Positions 21,975-34,723 of a DNA stretch of 64,000 nt are shown here, in pieces. Origin of the DNA: Xylographa opegraphella (Eukaryota); NCBI GenBank assembly GCA_022813865.1, contig JALDZX010000015.1, positions 248,001-312,000 of the forward strand, given 5' to 3'. A program made the translations under genes and the position numbers. The notes under the pieces are model-generated. The model did not search any database and was not told where the DNA came from. It saw nothing but the letters and a program-made list of their open reading frames with translations. Position 1 is the first letter of the stretch, and each line of letters opens with the position of its first letter.

Positions 21975-24476
21975 TCACGAGAGCGTTTTGCCTGCTTTTT
22001 CTAAAACGACCTCCGACTTGGTTTCATTTCCTTTACGGACCTTCATGCTTTCCTCGTCGACATACTCCCCCTCATCATCGTCTCTTACGTCATCAAGGAC
22101 TTCCTCATTGTCCGTCGGAGGACCCCTCGGTTCTGGTGAGATGTTCATTGAGCTTGTGTTTGGGGTAGGTTCGCCGCCGCTCATTTGCCATTCCATGAGT
22201 TTCGAGAAGGCGCCATCGGGTTTGTTCGAAAGATCTTGATATGTGCCCTGCTCAGCAACCTTACCGTCATTCGAGAGGACGATGATACTGTCGGACCGTT
22301 TTATTGTAGATAAGCGATGTGCGATGGAAATTGTAGTATTGTTGCCTCTAAGGAGAGCAGCCAGTGCTTGGTTGACGAGAGTCTCGGATTCGGCGTCCAG
22401 CGCGGACGTTGCTATAACTCGTTAGACGGAAAGGAGGCCGGCTGAAAGTCGAAACATACCTTCGTCAAGAATTAGTATATCGGGGTTTTTGACAAGTGCT
22501 CGCGCAATTGCTATTCTCTGTTTTTGTCCTCCAGAGAGCTGACCACCTCGCGCACCAACGGGGGTGTCCAGGCCATCAGGAAAGTCCGCGATGAACTGGC
22601 AATTGGCTTTCTTAGCTGCCGCCACAATTTCCGCTCGAGTGGCACTGGGTTTCGCATAGGCAATGTTTTCTGCTATCGTGCCGGAGAAGAGCACAGGTTC
22701 TTGTGCCACGATACCGATCTTGCGTCGAAGGGACTTGGCGTTCATCGACGAGATATCAACCCCGTCAATCTTAATCGTGCCTTCTGTTGGAGAATAAAAG
22801 CGAAGCATCAAAGACGCAATTGTGGATTTGCCACCCCCTGACGGCCCAACGATAGCGACGTTTGTACCCTGCGGAATTTCGAAGTCAAGATTGTTGAAGA
22901 TCTTGACAGCTGGTCTCGTCGGGTAGCTGAAAGACAGATTCTCAAATCTGATGGGGCCACGTGCTGAGAGAACAGGTGTGCCAACTGTAGGAGAAATAGT
23001 GGGCTTTCTGTCCTGAAGCTCAAACAGCCGACTGGCAGCTCCGACACCTTTCATGAGTTCCGAATAGAAGGATGACAGACCGAATAAACTGGACCCCGCG
23101 TAGGCAGTATACATCAGAAAGGACGTCAAGTCTCCAATACTGATTGTGCCAGCCTTAACCATACCTCCACCAACGTAAAGTATTGCGAGAATCGTCAAAT
23201 TGCCCATCATACCAGTCTATAACTATTAGCTCGCTATGATACTTGATCTATAAGGCCTACTTACAGTGCTGAAAAATGTAGCACTTATCAATGCTTCTGT
23301 CTTACCAAGATCGAATATCTTCTTCACTTGCTTGTTGTAGCGGTGAACTTCAAGAATTTCTCCTGCGAAAGCTTGACTTGTCCGGACATTCCCCAGCCTT
23401 TCCTCTGCTATTTTGGTCAACGTTCCCAAGTTTCGCTGGATTCTGCGACTCAGATTCCTGATGGCTTTACCGTAGAAAAAAGCACCAATGGCGACGGGAG
23501 GAAACATCAAAGCCAATATTCCAGTTAATTTCAGGCTCACATATGCCATGAGACCAATTCCAGCTCCCCCACTGACAAGAGACCTCAGGCCATCCGATAG
23601 GTTCTGTGTGATACTTTTACCAACGATGATTGTGTCCGAGCTCAGGCGAGATATCAAATCTCCTACCCTGTTTGCATCAAAAAATTCTGCATTCTGGATG
23701 AATGTGCGACGAAACAGCTGAGAGCGTAATCTAGCAACGATGCGCTCCCCTACAATGCGCAAGATGATGATCCGACCATAATTCGCTCCGGCACCCACAA
23801 CAAGTACACCTCCTAAGGCAATGTAGAAAGTTTGTAGGTCCAAGCCGAATAGTGTGTTCCCACTATCAGACTTCGTCGCGATATCGAGGATACGGCCGAT
23901 AGAGAACGGTATCGACATGGATATAGTCGACGAGACAAGAAGGAAGATGAACGCGAACCCAAGAACCTTAGCCTCTGGTCTTGCGATCTTGATGAGTCTC
24001 CAGATTTCTCCAAACCCAGCTGTCTGTCCCTGCTCTTTCCCATCCTTTGCCAGCCGTGCACTGAGGTTGACTTGAGCTGCCTGCCCTGCCTTTTCCGACC
24101 TTCCGAACCCCCTTTCTTCGTCCTCAGGGTCAAAGTCGTCATCTTTCTTCCGAATCAAGTTGTTGTCTTCCTCCTTCTGCACAATTTGCTTTGCATCGCG
24201 CAAGATAGTCGAGGCTGTAAAATGCCTTATAGAGCAATTTGACCGTGGGGCGAAGCTCGGACGAAGACGAAAGGTGCAAGCAGTCAAGCCTAGACGATGT
24301 GTCGGATGAGGATGTGTAGCTAAGGCATGCCGATAAAGTACCGAAACTTCACTCCGTGCCAAAGAAGTCAACTGCGCTGCGTGGTGATGGCCGCGACTTC
24401 CAGACACTGGACAACGCAGGCTGCTGAGTAACGAAGCCCTCCATGAGTTACGCAGAAGCAGGTCAGGGCTGCGCAT
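21975..24476 (-). CDS. MDL1: Mitochondrial half-size ABC transporter (ABCB, Mdl1/Mdl2-like), 3 exons
   Basis: Presequence-like N-terminus, TMD (GERIVARLRSQLF, FFDANRVGDLISRL), Walker A GPSGGGKST, signature LSGGQKQRIAIARAL, ILILDE|ATSALD, IAHRLST. Confidence 0.92.
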
Positions 24477-24785
24477 ATCTCCGAGCACTCAATAGAACAT
24501 CCGTCCCCGCTGTCGGAATATTGGCTGCAAAGGGTTCAACATCATACTGAAGCCTGGGACCATTCGGCTGCCTGCAGGATCGTCTTAGATTCCCAAATGG
24601 TAAAATACACTAGCAACAAATACAGTGACGTGCATCGGGACTTTTCGATGAAATTCCACAAGCCAATCATCGAAGCCTGGATGCAAGTCCATAACTACGT
24701 AGCGAGGCGCTAGTAACGTCTCTTGTTCACGTTGTCCATTGCCCTCGAACAGACCGGAGGAGGCACTTAGGAATACAGTGACACA

Positions 24786-26332
24786 ATGCCTGTTGACTAC
24801 AGCAAGTGGGACGCTCTAGAGCTGTCCGATGATTCTGATTTCGAGCCTCATCCAAATGTTGACAAGCGGTCCTTCATACGAGCGAAGCAGAACCAAATTC
24901 ACCAACAGAGAGCTGAGCGGAAACACCATATTGAGACATTAAAGTACGAGCGCATCATCAATGATGGGCTACTACGACGGATTGATACTCTGTTGACGGA
25001 GCTCCGTAATCACGAAGCCGAAGCAAGCGACCGCAACGCATTCATCTATCAAGCCTTAATCACTTCCGCTGGAGACCCGGACGACGATGAACCTCCGAAG
25101 CCCCCAGCCGGCGTCCATGTCAAGGAAGACCAGCCACGATATTCTCAGATGATGGGACATCTTGTGGATCAAGTCAAGAAAGAGGTAGATGATGCAAAGC
25201 CAGAAAACTGGTACAAAGCATTTGTCAAAAGCGTGGATGGCCATAAAAAGAAGGTTGCAGGGCTCCAAAAAGAATTGAATGAGAAGCTAAGCCAACTTGA
25301 GAAGGAAGAAAGCCGGAAGATTACGAGTGAGAGCATACATGACGGCTTCAATGCGTCGTCCGTGACAAAGGATAAATTGACTGAGAAAAATACAAGCAAT
25401 ACGAAGAGCAAACCCAAAGTTGAGGCAGTGGAGGTCTTAAACCCAGCTTCTCTCAAGAGGGATGCATTCAAGAGCCAGGATGAGGCTCAATCCTCTGGAG
25501 CTGACGCGGATACTGAAGGCGTCGATGATCCCGATGACACTGATGAGACCCTGGAACCCACTGCACTTGGCAAGCAATTTGGGAAGATAAGAATGGGCGA
25601 CTATGGCGCCTGCCTACAGTTCATTTCAGAACACCGACAGGTCCTTGCAGAGCGTGAGACGGACGGCCTACTTATCATGGCCTTTCACGCCGAAGAAAAG
25701 GGCGACTCCAAGTTAGCCAAACAATACGTCCATCATGCACTCTTGTTGCAGTATTGTCGGAGCTTAGGTGGTGACGGCGTCAGGTTGTTTTTCAAACGGT
25801 TGGTCTTCACACTAAATACGGAATATGTAGGTAGATGCTGACCTTGGATAGAGTTACAACGCAAGGCCACCAAGCACAAAAGGTCTTTCTCGACGACGTC
25901 AATAATACGTATCAGCGCATGAAGACCCGTACTGCTGAGCTAAACAAGGAACGGCAAACGGAAGTTGAGACGATCCAACTGCAGGCCGTTGAGCCTGGTA
26001 CCGAGATTCACTTCAACATCCCACAACCTGACAGCGAGGAAGAAATCGAACAACAAGCACGAGCTATTTTCGAAACATTTCCTCCCGGACTACAAAGGGC
26101 ACTGGAGAGTGGGAGTTTGGATCGTGTGAACGAAGTGCTGGGAAAGATGAGTATCGAGGAGGCCGAGGAGATTGTAGGACAGCTTGGAGAGTCGGGCATG
26201 CTAGACATGCGGCAGGGAGTTATAGACACGACAACCGAAGAGGGTAAAGAGGAGTTGAAGCAGATCCATGAACAACAAGAAGAAGAATTGGCAAAACACG
26301 GGGAAGATATAGAGATAGCTCACCCGGATTGA
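24786..26332 (+). CDS. CDC37: Hsp90 co-chaperone Cdc37 (intron 25799-25851)
   Basis: MPVDYSKWDALELSDDSDFEPHPNVDKRSFIRAKQ; HHALLLQYCRSLG; FPPGLQRALESGSLDRVNEVLGKM. Confidence 0.96.
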
Positions 26333-26527
26333 TAGGTTGAATTTCTGCAAGCATGCATTGATTGCTACCTACTGCGAAAGGCCCCGTAAGCTGGTGTGAC
26401 CCACCATAGGTACCTGTGAAGGTACCTGTATAGTACAGTGGTAGAACCACTTGAGAGGGTATGTGTGTGTCCCCCGACCTTCAACGCCATATGACTACCG
26501 TTATCAGTCGAAATACATCCCCAAAAT

Positions 26528-27469
26528 CTAACTTGAAACACCTGTCGCGCCTGGTGCATGCTCGTCTTTTTTCAGGCTTAGTAGTAGCTCTCTAAATCTC
26601 TCCTTGCCTGTCCCGTTCGCTCCACCACGTGCTCCCTTTCCACTCAAGTCTACTAATTTTGCAATTCGCTCCCAGCTCGTTCCTCCGGCAGACGTGTCCT
26701 CCCGGTTGGCAAGAAATTCTTCTGCTTCCTTGCGAGTTTGAGCAATAGATTTGTCCTTCTTCGTGTTGTAGTTTTCATAAAAGTCGTCGATCGCGGACTG
26801 GGCAGCTTTGACGGTTTCAGCTTTCTTGGCTTCAGAGGTTTCGGCACGGTGTTGTAGCGCTAGGTCCCGGCGTTCTCGCCATTGTCTGGTGGTCTCGTTA
26901 GCTCAATCATCACTATGACCATGAACCTCAATCGACGGCTCACTGGATGACTTCAGGTTCATCTTGTGGCGCGTTATAGTTGCTATAGGATGGCTGCGAT
27001 TGTGTAGGAATACCACTTCCTGTGATAAACCCACCAGGTGCTACTTGCTGCGGAGGCTGTCAGCCTCTGCGCCAACTGAAGAAAAGTATTAAACAGACTT
27101 CGTTACGAGTGTCGATGGATGGGAACGAGCTCTCGAACTCTGGGATTCCACCTGCACCGCTTTCCATGCCAACATAGGTATCTGAACCGCCAAGCAGATC
27201 TTCATCACCATTTTCTACCATAGCAGAGCGTTGCTCGGTCGGACCAGCAAATTGAGCCGCATCGTCTCCAAGAATAGCCCGTTCACGAGTAAGGAAGTCG
27301 TCGTCTCCGTTCAAACCCTCAATGTCCAGGGCAGCATTGCCGCGTGGTTCTGTTTGACCTAGTGCGTGCATATGCAATCAGTAATCATGTGTCTTATACG
27401 ATGTAGTCCTATAAGGGTCAAGGTGGTACCTTCAGAAAAGTCTTCTAATGAGGGAAAGCGGTCTGCCAT
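26528..27469 (-). CDS. CLC1: Clathrin light chain (4 exons)
   Basis: MADRFPSLEDFSE|GQTE..DDFLTRERAILGDDA..FESSFP; WRERR; IDDFYENYNTKK; GTSWERIAKLVDL; RFRELLLSLKKDEHAPGATGVSS*. Confidence 0.93.
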
Positions 27470-27929
27470 ATTACTGTCGGGGTTATGAACGAGCTTCTGT
27501 GATGGGAGCATGAGATAAATAAATGCTTGCCAGTAAAAGGCACTTGCATGCTAGTGTTCGCGAATCCAGGTACGTAGCCTTCCTATGAGGAAGCTTAAAC
27601 ATATTAGCGTCTTACATGAACGCGTCCGAGCTTCATACGACGTTGAGCTTCTCACATTCATCGCTGCAGTGTCTCTTGAGACTGATAACCGGGATCCCAG
27701 AATCGGATATTGCACGATACATTTGGATTAGTAGATGTGGATTGAGGCACGAGGTTCTACTACGATCAGAAGTTGTAATCACGACCTAGAAGTGGATGGC
27801 TGCTAGCTAGCTTTTAGACATCCTGTAACAGCTATTGATCCTGCAGAAAGGGAAAATACACTTGGCTGTACCACCTTAGCTCCCAGTTGATCATCAATAC
27901 ACTCTATCAAGCAATCGCTTTCAAGCAGC

Positions 27930-29425
27930 ATGGCCTACACGGACGACCAAGTCAGAGCAAAACTCTCAGCCCTAAATGAGACGCAGGAGAGCATAGTGAC
28001 CGTCGCGCAATGGATCATGTTCCATAGGTACTTTACATTGATTGTACCGTTCTGGCTAGCCTAACATACTTGACAGGAGACATGCGGACCGTACTGGACA
28101 TTTATGGCTTCAAAGATTGAAGGACTCGGGAGCCGGAAAACGGCTGAACCTCATTTATCTTGCGAATGGTTAGTCAAATATAATTCTCTCGATGATTATC
28201 GTTGACTCTTCTTATTAGAGGTCGCTCAGCAATCAAAGGCCAGAAAGAAAGATGATTTCTTGATTGCTTTTTCGCCAGTAAATTCCGACCTGGCTTATCT
28301 CTTTCCGTGGACGTACTAACGAAGGACAGATAATTGCAGAAGCTACAGCGACTGCATACAAAGGTGCTACTAATGAGGTACAGGCAAAGCTTCGTCGAGT
28401 GGTTGAGGTGTGGAGGCAACGACAGATCTTCGAGCCTACAATCCAGGAAGCAGTAGAAGCTCGAATTAGTGGTGAGTGATTTATCTTTAAGCTGGAAGAA
28501 ATATCTAAATCTTATAGATCTTGACAAATCACGGTCTTCCGGGCGTAAGCCACTACTAGGTGGTTCACTTTTTTCCAGCTCAAATGGCCCTTCCGCCCCT
28601 GCCGAGCTTCAACATCTGGTTCCGATGCAAATTGCCATCTCAAAAGCCGCTGTCGCCATCAGTGCATCTGTATCGAACGCCAACACGGAGTATGACAAGC
28701 TAATGGACCCACAAACGCCTGCGCCTACCCCTCCAGTCCATGCTGCACGACTGAGTGCTCTATTGAAGTCACTAGCGAATGCCGAAGGCGCTGTCTCAGA
28801 GAGTATCAAAGCACGGCAAGATCTGATTGGTGGCCTGGAGAAGCTACTTGAGACCAATCGCACTGCTCTTGCTAGTGAACAAACTCAATACCAGGAGCTT
28901 GTCACTCGGAAGACTGCCGTTGAGGCCAAGAAGCGCGATGTAGAGGATGGAATAATGCGTGGCTTATCCGCCGACACGTCAGGTTCGATTATTCAAGGCA
29001 ATCCGCCTTCAGAAGCTCAACCGAATGGCCAGCATGAACCACCTGCTGAACCGGAGCGTCCTCAGATAGAAGCACTTACACCGCCACCAGTCGAGTCCTT
29101 AACACCAATCGGTTCACCTCGCCTTGGTGAAGAAGCCACAATAACTAGCGCCACCGGTGCCGATATATATCAAGAGCAGCAAGCCAACACCGCATCTACT
29201 ATTCCGCCCCCATTTGTACCTGCTGGTATACCAGCTGGCTTCGATCTGCTTTCGAGCTTGTCTATGCCACCACACCATGCTTACGCAGCTAGCCCGACGA
29301 ACGGTAGCGCTTACAAGAAACGGAAGGTCGAAGCAGATTTCGATGACTTTATTGGTGGTGATGCAATGGCGGACTTGGACGAGGACGTGGCAGAGCTGCT
29401 GAGAGCGGAGTCTGGGGGTCGTTGA
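27930..29425 (+). CDS. RNA Pol II CTD-interacting (CID) protein, Rtt103/RPRD-like, multi-exon
   Basis: MAYTDDQVRAKLSALNETQESIVTVAQWIMFHR|RHAD..KRLNLIYLAN|EVAQQSK..RRVVEVWRQRQIF; coiled-coil last exon. Confidence 0.88.
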
Positions 29426-30447
29426 TAGGAGCGAGTACAGTTGAAGGGTTTCCATTAGTTTCAGAGACGGCTGTTGTAAAACTGTCTACCGCTTAACAGA
29501 ACGCCTTGAGACTTTCATGCGTTCTCTAGGGAGAGATAACTTGCAATATAGTTGAATTATTGCCATCTGCCAGATCTACGGGAACGTGATTAGCAGACGT
29601 CTTTCCCTTTCCAAGGAATTATAGCGGGGCCCTCGCTATGGTAGTTCCGCTTGTGATTAGCCACACATACAGAAGGGAACCGAAGTATTTCATGAGAACG
29701 GAAGTCCATGATTGTGTGGGACGGTGAATTCTGATTCCGTATGATATACCCGCTACACAGTATTCAGAGTGATGAGGATGCGCAGCCTAAGAAGTGGAAT
29801 AGCTCATCCCAACGTAATGCGCGATATGACGCCTCATTCAACACGCTGGAGGAATCCGGTAAGTAATTACCCAGGTAGTCAACAAACTCCCCAGACCTTT
29901 GCAGTCCCTTCAAGATAGCAGAAAGTTCAGATGGCCGAAGCCATCTCATAAAAAAAACAAAATTACCATTGTACGGTTCAATGACTGACACTACGGATAT
30001 TTGTAGATAATTGTTTCGAGCATCGGCCGCACTCAGTAGAAGCGCCGTATAGACGTCAACGGAAAAGCAGACCACTTGCTGAACCATGGATTATGGACCA
30101 AGATGTTATTAACTGTGATGCTTCAAGGTGCGGATTCTTCACTGCTGAGAAAGCGAGTGGAAATGCTGAACAGCACTGCGTAGTAAGTAGGTATTGCACG
30201 TCCATACTCGAACGTACGGATTTCGCGGGAAAACGAAAAAAGAAAACATATCACGGCGCTCAATATTACTAACGGTGGCTTGCGTACTAGGTAGCTGCAT
30301 AGCTGTTTCACCCAGACGTGGACGAGCTACAGGCACAATTTAAATCAACAGGCAGCATCTTCGGTTCATAAAGAATGCAGAAATTGCATTGTCTGGGGTA
30401 TTCGCGGCGAGAAATGCAGGGAAAGAACTTATGTACAAAGTGTTACT

Positions 30448-31774
30448 TCAACGCCTTCGACGTCGCCGCCATTCAGTTTTTGGCGTCCTCGAGGTCCTCA
30501 AAAAATCCTGCGGAATGTCGTTACTGAGAAACAGCTCTCTAGCTACAAGCTTCTCCTCTGGAAATGGTGCAGCAGGGCCCGTGGAGGGTGGTGTGGTCAA
30601 CGATTGAGATCGTTTGGGTTTGATGACGACAAGCACCAACATGCCGATAACTAAAATGATCAGAAGAAGCATTATCCAGCGTTTTGTGGACTTCCGCTGA
30701 TAGCCAGTAGCCTATTCGTATATGCGTTAGATCACGAACCGATTTAAGATGATAGGTAACATACGACTGTCAGCTCCTTCTCTGCCTCCTTGACGTCAAC
30801 TGCCATCCTCTCAACATTGTAGTCAATACGATCCAGCATCGTCCCTTGGTCAATGACCATACTTGACAGCTCCTTGAAGATGTCCGCGAGTTCGATGATA
30901 CCTTTGGCGATATCGTTGATTTCCCGCTCTCGCTGTGCAATGGCAGAGTCATTGCTGGTAATGTGCCTTTGCGCTGACTGCTGAAGTGTTCGTTGAGAAA
31001 ACGATTTGTCACTTTCGGATTCTATCATAGATGGATCTGTGTAAGGATTCTGAGAAGAATTAAAGGTACGATCCAACGGAGATGCGATACCGCCGAGAGC
31101 ACGGAGTTCTATACAATGATTAGTCATGTGTAGTTGGACCTTCAAATAGTACGCCAGACTGTACTTTTCATATACGTGCTTTGCTTCTTCCTGAACCCCG
31201 CGCTGACCTCTTGCACTCTGCTAGCCAGGGATATCTGCAGATTTCGGGCCATAGTCTCATCCCCTTTGGTGACCCCTCCGTGCAACTTCGCATCTCGAAT
31301 CATTGACTCAACTCTCTTTATGGCTCTTTGACAATCATGGAACCCTTTCGTGATATCTTGAGTCAGTCGCTCGATTACTGCTTCTTCTTCTTTTTTCACT
31401 TCTTCGTCGTCGAAACCGGGCAAGACGTGTTTTTGATGTAGCTTGTCTAGTTGTGCAGACTTCTTTGAGATTTCGGTAAGCAGCTCCGTAACTTCATCTT
31501 GTACATCGACCCATCGTGGTTGAAGCACGTCCATTTCAATAACTGCATCTCCGTCCTCATCGAATGCGCTGGGAGACATGAGGCCTCGTCGCTCCTCGGA
31601 ATCCGAAGCTTGACTAGCAAAGCCATTTGATGTAGGCCCGAGATACCGGGGTTTTTTAGCGGGATGGTGGGTAAAGGATTGGCGGTATGATATGTAGCTA
31701 AATCGATTTTCAGCATAAAGTGCCCTATACGCTGAAATCCCAGCAGCTCACAGATTGGTCCTATCTCTCCACAT
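30448..31774 (-). CDS. TLG2: t-SNARE syntaxin-16/Tlg2 (4 exons)
   Basis: N-peptide MWRDRTNL|YISYRQS; PRWVDVQDEV; KHVLPGFDD; SNARE motif IAKGIIELADIFKELSSMVIDQGTMLDRIDYNVE; C-terminal TM. Confidence 0.93.
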
Positions 31775-32131
31775 CCTGCTCGGCCACCTCTGAGGGCACG
31801 ATGACGACAAGATGCAGTCACTCTCTACCCTGGCGTTCGACCATCAGACATTGTAGTGACTTCAATATGGTCGTTCTGGGATCTGCACTCTGAAGCTGTC
31901 CCGGAGATGACGGGGCTTAGCGTCCATCCGGGCCGCTGATCCCGCGCTTGTGGTTCGCAAGGCATTAGCTACCTATCTTTGCCTGGGTTGCCTTTTTGCC
32001 AACAACCCAGGCTGAAGGAGGTCTTATCCTGCTACTTCTTGCAAACATACTACCTAAAGAAACTCGATACTACCCCCGGTATCATCTCCTACAATATCGC
32101 TGTTGCTCTTAACTACAATACCCTGTAGAGA

Positions 32132-32982
32132 ATGGTAAGTCTCCAATTACCTTTGCAGAGCCCCGCATCTGGGTCGCGCCCCACAGATGTGAGGCTCCAT
32201 GTATAGCGGCTGCTAACAATAAGTCACAGGCAGACTCTTTGACTGAGGAACAAGTCTCCGACTTTAAAGAAGCCTTTTCTCTTTTCGTAGGTTTCTACCC
32301 TTGGCAATATGCTTGGCCTACAGAGGTTGTTTGGAATCTAATCGCATCTTAACATAGGACAAGAATGGAGATGGTCAGTCTGAACCAGAAGCTTTGGTGA
32401 TCTGCTTTGAAACAGTTTCATATCTAAATCCCGCTTTCTGCAGGTCAAATAACATCGAAGGAGTTAGGAACCGTTATGCGGTCGCTTGGACAAAACCCTT
32501 CTGAGTCAGAATTACAAGATATGATCAACGAAGTGGATGCAGACAATAATGGAACCATCGACTTCCCAGGTACACAAAGAGATGGAATACTCTTTATATT
32601 GAATGCTGAGGTCTGACCGGAGACTTCCAGAGTTTTTGACAATGATGGCACGAAAGATGAAGGACACTGATTCCGAGGATGAAATAAGGGTTCACCAAAA
32701 TTCACAATACACCATACGTTCTCCAATGTTAACTAGATACCTAGGAAGCTTTCAAGGTTTTTGACAGAGACAACAACGGATTTATCTCTGCGGCTGAACT
32801 TCGCCACGTTATGACATCCATTGGAGAGAAATTGACTGATGATGAAGTTGACGAAATGATTCGTGAGGCGGACCAGGACGGCGACGGCCGGATCGACTGT
32901 ACGTGTTTTCTGCCTCAGGGACTGTTTACATATCTGACGAACCACAGACAACGAGTTCGTACAGCTGATGATGCAGAAGTGA
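32132..32982 (+). CDS. CMD1: Calmodulin (7 exons; first exon is ATG only)
   Basis: [149 protein letters not shown]. Confidence 0.98.
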
Positions 32983-33338
32983 GGAAGGTGTGACCAAGGA
33001 TTTTTTGACACGATTTTATTGGCATGCTTTCTTTAGGGGATCGTAACTTCGGGCATCGCCTGATTGTAGGACTTGAATATTGATATCCTGAGAAATCGTT
33101 TTTCTCGTATAAACTATCGTCGTTTCTCCGGAAGGGTCAACTACTAGCTTACTTCCTTATCCATTATGCACGATTCTTCCTCTCGTTCCGTATTTGGGTT
33201 TACTGATTCCTTGGTAATGATTATCATAAAATTCTCGACGTGATGCGCTTTCGCAACGGTTGAATCACCAAAGATATCTCAATATGGTAATTCTCATATT
33301 AGAACTGTCAATTGTGGGCCCATAGTCTGTTATCCTCG

Positions 33339-34113
33339 CTAGAGGCGAAGCCTCAAGGCGTCACACCATTGTCTTATATTGCCAAATTCTTCGTCTATCC
33401 CAGGCACTCTTATGTATTCTCTGGCACCCTTCATATCCAAAGCTGCCCAGAAGGATTTGACCACATCCTCCCCTGTAGCCCAATCGTTCTCATCCCCGCT
33501 GGTCCATTCAATCTCACAAATAGTGCCTCTCACTTGCTGAGTCCCCCCTTGCTTAACTTCTCCAATCCTAATACGGAAGTCGCCAATCTCAAAGACTTGC
33601 CCATTGCTTACCTGTAGTACTTGCCGCGGCATCCACAAAGGTCCCATCCTAGCCACGATCAAGTGGATAAAATCTTCACTTTGTGGCCCTGAAGGTATTG
33701 AAAAAACCTTGCTGGGCTCGCCGGTAGATTCCCCACCGCTGCTTGACGTTGCTGGCGTCCCAGATCGAGTCTGGGATGGCACAGAAGTGGTAGTCGCGAC
33801 CACATAGCTATGCCTTGGACGCGTGGATATGTATAGCATTTGTAGATAACGAGAAGCTTGACCTCTCGAGCCATCCTCGCTCAAGGTCTCGCTAGCTATT
33901 CCCTCTAGCGGAGTTCCTCTAAAGAGGCGGTGATCTAAAGTCCATCGTCCGAGTGGACTGATATTATACTGTGATTTTAGGCGTGCAAGTGCGATCTGAA
34001 ACGATGAATTGTCTGTGGAAGTTACAGTTGGGGTAGCAGGCAGAAAGAACACTCTTTCCAAGGTTAACAAAGAACATGTAGACGGTCAGTGTTGTTTACC
34101 CTGTGATCGGCAT
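33339..34113 (-). CDS. MED20: Mediator subunit Med20 (Srb2), 2 exons
   Basis: MPITG|VFFLP..WTLDHRLFR; LWMPRQVLQVSNGQVFEIGDFRIRIGEV..RGTICEIEW; QWCDALRL. Confidence 0.8.
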
Positions 34114-34723
34114 GTCGCAAAGTAGTCATAAATATTAGTACTGTTCCACTGAGCAACAAAGAATGCAACGATATGGGTTATCATCTGGGGAATGATGGAA
34201 ATATATTTATGCCCGATCGGTCAAATAGCTCTCCACGAGGACTTGATTCCAAGGTCATGAAGCAATATTGTTACTATTAGAGACTGAACTCAAATGTTCC
34301 TCGTGGAAACTAGCTCGTTGTATTCGTAAGCCAATCAGAGACAAGCTGCCCCGGACCGTCAACATTGCGATCACCAACTATTCCCGGCGACAACAACAAC
34401 AGCTCCACACCGGCAAAAATGGCATAATAGTAGGTAGGTATCTGACCAGAGGTATCAAGTAAGTATATAGAACAACGGAAACCGCGATTGCGTCTTCAGA
34501 AAGATACTCTTACAGGAAACAATGATAGACGGATAGACGGAGACCCCCAACAGCACAGGCGCTGATACCTCCGTACATCTAATTACTTATCATCAATATC
34601 ACCACCACGGCTCCTTCACCTTCGAGCCGAGAGCATCGAATGCTGTTCACATCGCCGCATCATCAACAGTCTTCGACGTCTCCCTTCAGCTATATCGCTG
34701 CTTTCGGACGTCTACCTCCCACC

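Noticed and set aside
27508..27519. 12-mer TTTATCTCATGC shared by the CLC1 and RQC1/PTC5 promoters
   Set aside because: A few 12-mer matches are expected by chance; it contains a generic GATA core
30448..30640. Extended luminal tail of Tlg2 ending in six Arg
   Set aside because: Tlg2 proteins are known to have variable luminal tails
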